DNA of 64,000 nucleotides from Tubiluchus corallicola (lineage: Eukaryota > Animalia > Priapulida). The notes under the pieces are model-generated. The model had not been told where the DNA came from, did not search any database, and saw only the letters and a program-made list of their open reading frames with translations. Position 1 is the stretch's first letter. Each line of letters begins with the position of its first letter. The DNA is taken from assembly GCA_030141605.1 (NCBI GenBank), contig JAQGDQ010000281.1:124001-188000 (forward strand), written 5' to 3'. The position numbers and the translations under genes were made by a program. Positions 49,404-62,260 of the stretch are shown piece after piece.

Positions 49404-50504
49404 CAGTGGGGTAACTAGAGCTTGTGGCGCCCGAGCGGCACTTGAGTTTGACGCCCCCTCCTGGATGAAATGTTTATGTAGGAAAATTTCAGATTTAGTA
49501 GTGTTGCCTCGCAGTTGCAATCAGTTGCGCATAGCTCAATTGATAAAATAACAAAGTAATACTGAAAAAATTGGTTTATGAAGAAGCATATTTATCCTAT
49601 ATGTTTCAAAACTGAAAAGTTACGATTCCCAAGGGCTTCGTCAAATTTTAACAGTATAAAAGAGCGTTACAATAGTCGTTGGAAACCATTCTGGAGTGAC
49701 TTCTAATACGTCGCTATGATTAAACATTATAAAGGTAAAAATTAATAAAAATTTAATGCCGTCAAAATATTCGACAGGTTTAGTTAAGAGTATTTGCAAA
49801 GCTTATGATACATCAAAGCGTCCAGCATCTAGAAGTTACAAGAAACGTATATGCTTGCAAAAGGGTGGTAAAACCAAAGTTTTGGCAGCGGACGCTGAGC
49901 TTTGGTGTATCATAGGCTAAATTAGTTAATAGAGCCACAAGTAGTTATGCCAAATGAAGATATTTAACTCACATTCTGACAGATATGTTCAAAAACTCTG
50001 AAACTACGTTGGTGAGTCAAGAACCACTGAATCACAATAATTATTAATTGTAATGCATTTTTAAACAATGTATCTGAGCAATAAGCGAAATTAAATTGAA
50101 TTGAATTACGTAAATAATTGCACTGACATTTGTGTAAGAGAAACCAAACGCCAGGGACAAAAACATTGTAAAAAAGCGCACAAAATTTTAATTAAATAAT
50201 GTATGATAAGCTTGATTATAAATTTATTTCACAGTTACATTCAAAATGTGTACCGTGCAGAAACGTTGAATGCAAAGACAAATTATGTTATCAATATTAC
50301 AACGATAGTAATTATAGTCTTCCTTTGTCGCAAAGGGCAGGAGACGCCGTAAGCAGCATTTTCTTGGAAGATTAAATTGTCAAGTGTTTTGTATTTCTAC
50401 AATTCTGACAGAATCAACTTTTCAGTGCAGTTGATCAAAACATCGCTCTCTGAAAAGTGTCACCCGGGGCGGACTGACCCTCCGACCCGTTTTCTACGTC
50501 GCTA
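49404..50504. mobile_element. Non-autonomous hAT element, 1.1 kb
   Basis: Termini CAGTGGGGTA / TACGTCGCTA; perfect 8-bp TSD TATCGGGC (49396-49403, 50505-50512). Confidence 0.85.
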
Positions 50505-51002
50505 TATCGGGCAACAGTGCCCTATATATTTAACCAATTATGCAAAACATGTCTATTGTAGAAAACGCGATTCTACAGGAACAGTTATTATTTAGACTGG
50601 GTTACCCTGTTCTGGAATATAGTGTTTTAATTAGACCATTCTTCATATCTGTTGCGTTTCATTTAGTTGATACCGTAGATTATAGATTGAGACCATACCT
50701 AATACAGTAGTAGGTAAAATATATGAATATATATTGTTATTATTATATTATATATTTTATTGTCGTCGTCGTCAATGATCAACCTTTTAGAATGCCTGCA
50801 TTTGTTTTCTCGAAACATCATTTTGATTCTTAGCTTAATGATCAGAAATTTCTTTTTCATTAAATATTTTAATGTATTGTATTGATTAGTAGTACCAAGT
50901 TTTTGATAAATGCTGCTTGGAAAATCGAATTTAAAATTTGTAGTTACGTAGAGCAATTCATTGCATGTTGTACTAACTGATGCTTCCAGGATGGCAAGTT
51001 AA

Positions 51003-51696
51003 AGCACAAGAAAACCCTCCACTTACACAAAGCTTAGAAAATTCGTCTTGAAATTTTATATGACGTACATGCTGTCTTATTGCGTACAAAATTTGAGTTA
51101 GCAGTAACGCTGTATAAAACATGTAAATTTAAAAACTCCCACGATTACCGTTAGACGCAGCCATTTTGACGATAAGACATTTGAAACAAGTTTAGATAAT
51201 ATTGCGTAAAGTTTGGAAAAATAATCACAGCATTCCTTGAGCAATACAATGCGTCAATACAAAATAAAATTTTAAATTACAGTATCTTGTCAATAAAAGT
51301 AAAAATGTGTTTTTGGTTAGTGAGTGGTGCACCCTGGAGGTGAGTCAACGACATTTCACCAATTGGTGAAACATTTTAAATAATTAATAATTTTCTTTTC
51401 TAGCCACATAAGTCTTTCAAGCAGGTAAGCAAAATCCTAGGTAAAATAACTTGGCAGGAAAGATTTTCGGGACATAGTTTAACATTTCCTTTTCTTCCGC
51501 TGATTTACGTTGTACGTATGTTACGTCATGTAATGGCGGGGTCGGAACAGTATTGCGGGAAATTTAAAATGAAAACAAACAAAAAATCCTTTCAACGCGG
51601 GTAGGATATACGCATAAAATTGCTATTAAGTAATATAATTTTTAAGGCGATTTTTCTGAAACCTACTTCAGCGTATACTACCCCTTTTGTTGTCCT
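51003..51696 (+). mobile_element. Kolobok-like non-autonomous element, copy B
   Basis: TTAA|AGCACAAGAAAA ... TTTTGTTGTCCT|TTAA: TTAA TSD with 5'-AG TIRs. Confidence 0.75.
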
Positions 51697-52689
51697 TTAA
51701 CATAGGCGATACGCATTCAGTAAATCGAGCTTATATTTTCAACCGTTGCATTTCGGTCAGGAGCGTTCAGCTATAAGGGGTGGTATTAAATTTGTATTTT
51801 ATAAAACGACATTTGTGTCTTTGTACGTCAGCTTGCCTGTCTGTCCGTCTGACTGTAGTTAATGTAAAGTGTATTGCGATGCTTACCATTTAAAAAAGTA
51901 GTCATACAAGTATGCGGTACCAGATCGCCACTCCACTTTGATGTCTTGCATATTTGGCTCAAATCTAATCATGGATATATAATCAACGTAAACAGGACAC
52001 CATTTGCACTTGCGTAGTAGAATAATGAACTTTCTGGGTTGTAAAACAACGGAGTAGCTCATTAATGCTTTTGCAACTTTACGTTCTGATTACTGTAAGT
52101 CATTTGTCCACGGAATATTGAGTTACATTGAGAAACACCAGAACCCGAAAAAGTTCAGCTGCTGGTGCTTTTATATTCCCATAGCAAAAAAAACCTGTCA
52201 TATAACAGCCATTCTCCCGCGGTCACCTACATTGACTTCCAGTTTCCGGTTTGCCAAAAAACTAAACTTAAAATGCTTATAGTTACTTGTCATTGCATGC
52301 ATGCCCTTGCTTCCGTTTTTTCTCTGAGCTGTTTCAAATTTACACACCGATTAAGATCATTTGATACTACTATTTAATGCACACTAGATTCAAGTTAGTT
52401 TCGGTTGGCAATAGAGCTTTTCCCAGTGCTGCCCCCTCGTTTATAGAATGCACTTCTATGCAGAGAAGGTGAAAAATTGTCAAAGTTGTTGCTTTTAAAC
52501 GTTCAATCAAAATCTCAGAAGCTTGCTAACTTTGTTACTTCGTGCAAGTGTAATGAAAGACGTAGGCCAAAATGTTTATGTAATTGTGTACTTTTTAACA
52601 TCTGTTTTGTAGAATTTTTTTACGTAATTATCAATTCTAAAATGTCTTGGCATCAAGGAACATTTTGTACGTATTTTGGGCAACAAAAT

Positions 52690-52702
52690 TATTATTATTA
52701 TT

Positions 52703-52778
<76 letters not shown>

Positions 52779-52820
52779 TCATCATCATCATCATCATCAT
52801 CAACATCATTATCATCATTA
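52690..52820. repeat. (ATT)(CAT)(CGT)(CAT) compound trinucleotide repeat
   Basis: Seen directly in the sequence. Confidence 0.95.
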
Positions 52821-53417
52821 TTTTTTTCGATCCAGCTGATTAAAAGCCAAGAAGAGTGAAAAGGAGGAGCATCAAGGAGGAGCGTCAAGTTGCCTCAAGA
52901 TTAGAAATAAAAGCGTTGGTCATGATATTATTTTGAGGAATTGCGTCAGGCGACAGTAGCGTCAAACAAGTTTTAAATAGCGCCAAGAATAAAAAGAAAC
53001 GTCAAGCATTCATTGCATTTATCAAAAGCGTCAAGCAAGGAATTACAGCCAAAATTAGTGTCAAAGGCCTACAGACACGAAAATTATAAACAATGTAAGA
53101 CTAAAAAGCGTATATAATGTAATGTGAAATTTATTTGTGTAGCGCACTACATCACTTAAAATCTCAGCATGCTGAACAATAAAATACATTTAAAATTCAT
53201 AGAGTAATTAAAATTTAAACTATATTAAAAATTAAAAACATAATTCTCATGAAAAGTACAATCTGAATAAATGTGTTTTAAAATGCCGTTTAGAAGAATC
53301 TAATGAGTTTGCAGAGCGCACAGCAAGGGTAAGTTATTCCAGAGACGCATAGCACAGACAGAAAAAGCCTTTTCACTATAGATTACTGTATTTGGAACTG
53401 GCTGATACAATGCAATT

Positions 53418-53538
53418 ATCATCATCATCGTCATAATCATCGTCATCATAATCGCGGATGACTACGATGATGATAAGAAGAATTAGAAGGAGCAGACGGA
53501 TGACGATTATGATGGTACTGATGCCGATGATGATGATA

Positions 53539-53569
<31 letters not shown>

Positions 53570-53594
53570 CGACGACGACGATGATGATGATGAT
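53418..53594. repeat. (CAT)/(GAT)/(GAC) trinucleotide region
   Basis: Seen directly in the sequence. Confidence 0.85.
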
Positions 53595-56500
53595 TGTAGG
53601 GGGTCCCCTTGATTGAGGAAATCTCGGTGGTTAGTAAACGGTCATCAGATTTGATGAAAATTCGATCGGTTTCAGTAATCGAGATCTTCAATTCTTGTAC
53701 CTTGGTAAACCTGGGCGTCAATATTAAGCAGATGGGGTGATTTAATCGAAACCGGCCATGTAATTAATTCGGGCGGATTTCCGTCGTGGTGACCCAGCAA
53801 AATTATCAAAGTTTTTGCACATATACACAGTTGCGGACTACATTTACAACAGTTGCAACAGCACAGTCATTGCGAAACGGAACATCAACGAACTTAAACA
53901 ACTTAACAGTAAAATATCAATTATGTAACTACGTTTCTACTTTCCAGTAATTTTGTAGAAATTTGTTGTTTTGATAACATACGATAATGGCCTTCTCTAT
54001 TAAATACAAAAGACACGAATTTATCTAATACTTCAGTTATTGCATTGAATGGCAACAAAGTTTAGCAATCGTGTCGGCAATAATGTTCAACGTGTATAAG
54101 TTAGTTTACCTCAGACTAAGTAAGTCTTCATAATTGCATTTTTCTTCCTCGCTAACACGTAGTAGAGCAAAAATTCGCCTGATTTTTAATGCAAAAGCCC
54201 ACACATGCCAAATATTCTGATTGTCTTCATGTTTTAGCTGCAAGGAGACGGCTTATGCAAAAAATGCAACAAAGCTTGTTTCAGTCATCTTTTCAAAGAG
54301 TAAAAGTTACTGTGATGTGTTGTAAAACGTATCACAATGTCTCATAACATTCTTACAAAAGGCAGTCTTCGGTTACACGTCTTTCATATATTGATGAAAT
54401 CTTTCTCCCGAGGGAATTTTGTTTGTAGTGCTGGAAAAAAGCCGGAGAGAAACCAAATTTTGTTCTTCCTTTAATAACACTTGGGATAAATGAGCCTTCT
54501 GTTTGCAAGAGTCTGTACGGAAATCAACTTTTTCCACAAAATAAAGTTGCAGGAAGACTTGATATTTAAATGAAAACCGGACCCAGTCCAAAACAATCTA
54601 ACCTGTAACATATTGAAAGAGAACACATGTTTTTTAAGAACGTCACAGAAACCTGACTTCTCGTTCGCGCGGCTAGTTCTTTGCTATGCCATTCGCTAGT
54701 TAGATAGGCACTAGCGCCTGTATCTCACAAATGTACAAAATGTACAATCACAGGCACTGTACAAAAGTTCATAGTTCAAAAGTGGTTCAGTTGTGACGTA
54801 GCACGCACGTTCGGGAGCTCATGCGTGAGCACAGCGCTAAACCTGAAATTAAAAATTTTAAAGTTTAAATTTTCCGAGATTATGTTCGTGTCACACTGAA
54901 TGTTGTACAGGAGTAGCTGTACTTCAATTTTTGCTTTGGTAAACACGTGCAACAGGTTTGTAGAATGTTGAGCTGTTGAAAATTATGTTGTGATATGTCA
55001 TCATTAGCTGAACTCACCGGCAGTAAACTCAGTTTTTAATCTACATTTATCAGAAACTTTGGCGTTATTATAGGTGTTTTAAAATGTATACTTTTACCAT
55101 ATTTCTTCAAAATGGGTTATACGTTGTAAAAAAATCACTCCGTTTTGCTTTAAGATTTGACAAGACATAGACGCACAAAGCTGACGTATAAGATAACTAA
55201 TTAACGACCTTAAACTAAAGGTAGGTAAACACCACCATTTCATGCCAGTTTTATGAGGTGTTAGTGTTGTCGAAAATTCCATTGTAAAACCGTATAAAGC
55301 AAATGTTACTGTGGTCAGTGGAAACAATTTTTAACCACACAGATTGTTGTAATTTTGTTAAAACAGTAATTCTCGGTGAAGGAAGGTTTCAAAGTCAAAC
55401 AAGTAAATTATCGCTGGAAGACTACAATTGCAAGACATCAATATTTTTTTTGTCAAACACAATCTGGAAATTCTCATTACCGCGAGATATGATTCCGGTC
55501 CAACGCATCTTGTATCGAGCCAGCCAACCCCCATTTACTAGAACACAGTATTTGTGAAATATGAAATGCAAAATGTTATAATTTTCTTCAACGACAATAA
55601 CCCCTTTCCATGCTTCGTTATAGAGAAGTGGTTTTCTATTCAATTTCTGTGACATGTGACTAAATGACAGACATCCGAGATTCTTGGCTTGTCGTAAGAC
55701 AGTTAAGAGAGGCGAAAAGTTCTGTTCTAAACCGAATACCTTACTAAGTTCTCTTCTAAACGGAACAACTTTTGTTGCTGACGCTTTGTATAAGCGCTTA
55801 TAGATGGTAGGTCAATTTCCAACTCGTTATGAGTACTGCGTTTAACACCAACCCACGCCTTGATGCAGTCCATATAAAAAGTCAACCGTCCTATAACGTG
55901 ATACAAGAGCACAAAGTTCCAAAGCTCGTGTTGCACTGAACACATGCGCTTTTGTCTAAAGTTTCGTGTAGACTTGTCTGAACGTGTATTGCACTGTTGT
56001 TACTGTAATATGTTGTGGCCAAATGATAGTATACCGCACAGTGTTACTACTGTTTAAATGTATAGTAGTATTTCTAATATGCACTGGCGAAACGATGCAT
56101 TGGTGAAATGATAAACTGGCAAAATGATGCACTGACGTATTATATACAACTCGGCTCTCGCTAAGAAAAGAATCCAGAAATCGACTTATTATTGGTGTTT
56201 GTGGCGTGACCAGAATCTGGCTCTGTATTAACAGATTAAAGGCGAAGTCTCTAAGAAGAGCCACAGAACCGCCAGGGATATTTTAGCGACATTCGGCCAC
56301 GTGCGTGACCACTCGGCTAATTATCCCTCTCTGCGGCATTTCCAAAAACCAGATCCAATATAACTGAGCAAATATTGTCAATCTTATTTTTTGGGGTAAA
56401 ATCTTAATCCACGATGCATTAGGTACCTCTGAAGGAAAACTCTTTCCACCCATCTTCATTCTGGTAAATGGACAGAATTATGAACATCAGTGTAGCGAGA

Positions 56501-58279
56501 TCCTGTTATTTACTTTTTCTTCTTCTTGGCTGATAATTCATCAAGACTGATCTCATCTAATGTGCAACCTAACACCTTCAGAGAACCTACCCACTCTCCC
56601 GGAGACTTAGAAATGAACAAACTTCATTACACCACGCGGTTTACACCACAGAAGTACGTATGAAAGGAGGAAGATTTGAGTTATGCACTTCATTATTATT
56701 TTAACAAATTCAAGTAAGTAGTTATTTGTTGTAACATTGCACATATTGTTGAGAAAGAAAAAGGAGAAACCTTTAAAAACCTTAATTTTTTTAAAACAAA
56801 AACTAAAGTTTAAAAACACTGGTATTGCAAAATATTTAGATTTAAAAAAGTTAATCTTAACCAATTTATATTTTTGAGATTATATGCTGCAAATCCCTTT
56901 TGAGCCTTAAAAATTGTTCTTCCAGTCCCTGGAAGCCTATAGTTTGCGCCAGTACGACTCACATTTCTGTATTTCCCATTTTTGAATTTTATCAGTCTAA
57001 AATCTGTGAAAAAAAATCATATGACGTGTACATCATCGGTTCACATTTAACACTAATGGTGCTGCAAAAGCTCAAAATCAAACAAAATTTGCTATTTAAT
57101 TATTTTTTCAAATTCTTTATTAAACGTAAGTGTCAGACCAGCATTCTTAACCATAAAGCACTTAAAAATAGCTGCACTAGCTATACTTTTCACCGGCTGT
57201 TTAGCAACAAACGACCGAACTACGTATTCACCTTTTATGTTTTCATTTTGACAAGTCTTAATTAACTCTAAATTTTCAATACCTTTGACGTGGCACACCC
57301 TTTAATTCGATTATGCAGGCAAAGAAAATGTAATATTGCAAAATTTTAATCATTTTTGCACAACATAATCAGTCGGCCTTTGATAATCCGAAGCTGATTG
57401 GATGGTATACATATCACGTGCTGTCTTGCCGTCAAATATTCTGATCCAGTTCATTTTATCTCAGATTATTCTTGTTTCGCAACAGCAGCCATCAAAGTAA
57501 ATTTTGTAGGTGCAGCTAATCAAATAAACTTTATTTTCGCAATCTTTTGTCTGAAATGCCAAGACAATCAATAGTCATACATACGTGATTATAAAATCAG
57601 ACCTAGACTCGTCGTACATAGTTAAAAATTCTCTGCTTAGATTTTTAATGTTGCAGATCATTTTAGGCAAGACGACATAACCACCAACTGTGTGTTTTGT
57701 ATCGCATATAACTAGCTACTTTGGCGTAGACTGGGTTTACACGTATACTCATTCTGTACCAGTGTACGATGTTCAGGATAAGAGTTAATCCTGAACACGT
57801 GACACGTAAGGGATTGATACCCAGGTAGTAATGACGTCATTGCATGATAACCAGGTGGTAATGACGTCAGTGCATTGCAATAACGCTAATCAAAAGAGCC
57901 ACATATCATTTACTCTACACATAGCCATACCACACGCGGAATCATCAGGAGGAACCTGACTAGGATTTGTATATTAGCCGCATTTCTTCTATCCTCAAAC
58001 CCGGCTACTATTTTATGTCATTCCAAGTGTTGGGATGCTTTGCGTGATGTGTGACTCTTTATGTACATTGTCTTGTATATTGTATTGTGTTCTTCTTCAA
58101 CAAACTGTATTACGTTAAGTAAGATATTATTACTGATGACAGTTATGACGTCGGCGGAGGTTCAATGCAGAGATAAGGCATTATGTGGGATTTGGTATTT
58201 GCATATAAAGGTGAAGCGTCTCTTTGAAGGGGCCTGAGTTTTGTAACTCCTTTTTACTGTTTAAGATAATCTACTTTTT

Positions 58280-58347
58280 TAGGGTATTTGATCAAAGTGC
58301 CGCCCGAGGTGGACGGCCCTCTCCGCGCAGCCTTAGCTACGCCATTG
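58280..58347. mobile_element. hAT-type element right terminus
   Basis: aagtgccgcccgaggtggacggccc...gctacgccattg, similar to the end of 49404-50504. Confidence 0.45.
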
Positions 58348-59467
58348 TTCTTGGTTTATAAAAAGCATATGGCCATTTGAAAACCCTTCCCAGACACAAC
58401 ACCTTTGAACGAACGCCGTAGAAAATACGTACACTTTCTCTTAGATCATAAAACCTAGTAAACAATCGCTATAAGCAATAATGATAATGTGGAATTTATA
58501 TCATTCATGTTGAGGATATGGTCTAGTACACATAGGTTTCGTTATCAAGTTGGACTGGGTAGGCCTACACTTGTGTCCGTGTCGGATTGTGTCGCATAGC
58601 AATCTCTGGGCGAAGAAGCTCTTACATTGTGCCATTAGCTGTCTACTTCGGTCCAAGACAACTAAGAATTCTGGGCAGTAACATTCATAATCCTTGAACT
58701 CATCCCAATTACAGTGATTTGTTGTAGACTGATTCGAATTACAGTGATTCGACTAATTTGACTACTATTACAACTGTTCGTTGATAAACTCCCGCTTGCC
58801 CGAGACGCATCGCCAAAGCCGGCAATCAGAGCCTAATCTGTCAATATTGATCATCATCATTTGCATAGTTTAGCAATAAGTTTATCAGGCTAAGTTTTGT
58901 TGACTAATGTTTGTCTTGTTGTGTGAAACAGCTAGGGAAAAAATCACATTCCTACAAATTTATCCCAGGAAATTTCGCTCTTTGTCCACTGACAATAAGC
59001 ACTTTAATGAAATATTTTTTTATTTTTATTGAAACGTAATTATTTTAAACCGATTCATTTTAGTTAAACAATTAAAGTCAAGGAAGATTTTTACCCATCT
59101 AATGTGGTTGATACAGGATGACAGAAAACAAAATAAGATCAAAAGCAATAACCGATAAATCTTGTTTGTGCAAGGGCGGTGGTATTTAATCTCGTAGGCG
59201 GTGATATTTAACCTGTCCTCCTCGTACATATTTAATTTCATTGTTTTTGTTATTATGGACAGGTGTATAGCTATGATTAGGTGTGTAGCTAAGATTATGC
59301 GTAAAGTGGGGGGGGGGGGGGGGGGGCTAATGTTTACTTGTTCAGTAAGTGATTTGCGTTTAGTTGTGAGAAGTTTTTATTTAATTATGATGTAATTCTA
59401 TCTTAATATATGTAAATATTTTAATAATAAAATTCTAAACATGTAAATTGTGATGCTATAGGCTATA

Positions 59468-59630
<163 letters not shown>

Positions 59631-59817
59631 TGCATTCTTTACCTTTGGTGTCCTGTTGCCACTTTTGTGTTGCACGCTACGTGATACGTGGCATTTTTCG
59701 ATTAGTTGTTTGAGATAAAACTGCTGGTGATTGAGAAAAGTCTTGTATAAATAGTTACAGTTTTTAAACATGAATTTTTGTATGTTTTCAGTTAGTTAAT
59801 CATTCAGAGTTGCCAAC

Positions 59818-60020
59818 CAGTCAGTCAGTCAGTCAGTCAGTCAGTCAGTCAGTCAGTCAGTCAGTCAGTCAGTCAGTCAGTCAGTCAGTCAGTCAGTCAG
59901 TCAGTCAGTCAGTCAGTCAGTCAGTCAGTCAGTCAGTCAGTCAGTCAGTCAGTCAGTCAGTCAGTCACTCAGTTCAGTCAGTCAGTCAGTCAGTCAGTCA
60001 GTCAGTCAGTCAGTCAGTCA

Positions 60021-60071
<51 letters not shown>

Positions 60072-60290
60072 AGTCAGTCAGTCAGTCAGTCAGTCAGTCA
60101 GTCAGGCAGTCAGTCAGTCAGTCAGTCAATCAGTCAGTCAGTCAGTCAGTCAGTCAGTCAGTCAGTCAGTCAGTCAGTCAGTCAGTCAGTCAGTCAGTCA
60201 GTCAGTCAGTCAGTCAGTCAGTCAGTCAGTCAGCCAGGCAGCCAGCCAGTCAGTCAGTCAGACAGGTCAGACAGTTACTCAGTCAGTAAG
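59818..60290. repeat. (CAGT)n microsatellite
   Basis: About 470 bp, seen directly in the sequence. Confidence 0.97.
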
Positions 60291-60368
60291 TCAGTTGTAC
60301 GTTTGCTTCAGTCTGTAATTCTTTGTTTATGCATATAATATATAAAAAGTACATATTTTTAATTTAGT

Positions 60369-60523
<155 letters not shown>

Positions 60524-61727
60524 TGGTTAATGATTTGAATATTTAATCTGCTCGTCTTCAACACTAACGAAATGATGAATTTCTGAAAATTGAAATGTTA
60601 GTTTTTGTGACAGTCTTTTTTAAAAAACTCTTCAAAATAATGAGCAATCAGAGTTGTCCTGCCTTATTCGCTTCTTAGCACATTGATGGTGGTGGTGATG
60701 TGATTACTGTGATGAAAAAAGAACGAATTTTCAAGAATTATGCACGTTCAAACATCGTTGTGTTACTCGATGCAAAAATGTACTATTTTAATGAAAATTT
60801 TATGAGTTACAAAGTGGCATTACAAAGTGTTAATGATTATAAATTTTCATGTGACCGAATGCAAATGCCCAACGGCATATAACTGTTTGATAATTATGCT
60901 AATTTAATTCAAATATGATCTATAACAAAAATATTTTATTGTTCGTCGTAATGATCTGTTAAGAGTAAATGCGTTCAACAACTTTGTGTCGTGCTGTAGA
61001 TGTCGCGGATACTAGAAATAACAACTATTTGCTATTGACAGCAGCAGATAAGTATTTTATGCAAAGGGGCAAAAGACGAAAGGCCACCGGAACATTTAAT
61101 TCTGTCTCATTTCTATTATCTAATTTATAACGTACCAGTAATCACTTTTGTATGTAGGTGAGTACATTTAGCATATTTAGCTCGAATTGAAAAAGAATCA
61201 CAATAAAACCTTTTGTTCCTTTGAAAGCCAAAGTTCATAAATGCAATAACTGAAGATGGTAGGCATATTTTGAGGATAGATTAATTTCTTTCGTTTCGAA
61301 AAGCAAGACGTTCAAATATTTGTAATAGAAAGTATTTTGCCATAATAGGTAAGGTGTTTGACGTCAACAACACTTTGCGAGTTTATAGAGTAGATAATGA
61401 GGAGATTGTAGGCTCTGAAACTTAAAGGACTCCTTCTGCCACACCACGGCACCACAAGATACTGACATTACAGACATTGTTTTAATTTTTGTGCGTGTAT
61501 AGCTTATATGGCACTGCAGTTTTTAGGGAGTGCTTTTTTTAGACGAGTACCTGCCCTTTCGAAAGTCTATGCACTTCACTGATACGTCATTAAAAATTTT
61601 GTTGTAATCTAACTGTGAACATTGTTCTTTTTGTCCGTGTGTAATGGATCGTACCTTTATTACCTGTTATATTACCTGTTATATTACCTGCTGCTATTGT
61701 TTTGGTGTTGTTGTCGTCGCAGTACTC

Positions 61728-61911
61728 GTCTATTCTATTCTGTTCTGTTCTATTCTATTCTATTCTATTCTATTCTATTCTATTCTATTCTATTCTATTC
61801 TATTCTATTCTATTCTATTCTATTCTATTCTATTCTATTCTTTTCTTTTCTACTGTATCAGATTTTGTAGTAGTAGTAGTAGTTGTAGTAGTAGTAGTAG
61901 TTGTTGTTGTT

Positions 61912-61947
<36 letters not shown>

Positions 61948-62260
61948 AATGAGACATTAATTTTATAATTCCTGTCGATATTATCTAAGTGATTCAACAT
62001 ATTTATTTTTACAAAGAAAAAAAGAAAAAGAAAAAAGAAGTCCTATTCTATTCTATTCTATTCTATTCTATTCTATTCTATTCTATTCTATTCTATTCTA
62101 TTCTATTCTATTCTATTCTATTCTATTCTGTTCTGTTCCACCCTATTCTATCCTATTTTGTTGTTGTTGTTGTTGTTTCTCTTTCTGTTCTTGCTGCTGC
62201 CGTTGTGTGTCGTTGTTGTTGTTTCTATTTTTGCTACTGTTGTTGTTGTGTGTGTTGTTG
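61728..62260. repeat. Two (TATTC)n tracts, each followed by (GTA)/(GTT)n
   Basis: TATTC at 61728-61840 and 62043-62150; GTA/GTT at 61868-61948. Confidence 0.95.

Noticed and set aside
55094-56264. Run of short minus-strand ORFs suggesting a decayed gene
   Set aside because: No identifiable domain, and the frames could not be joined.
57755-58135. Possible solo LTR
   Set aside because: No clear TG...CA termini with a TSD could be established.
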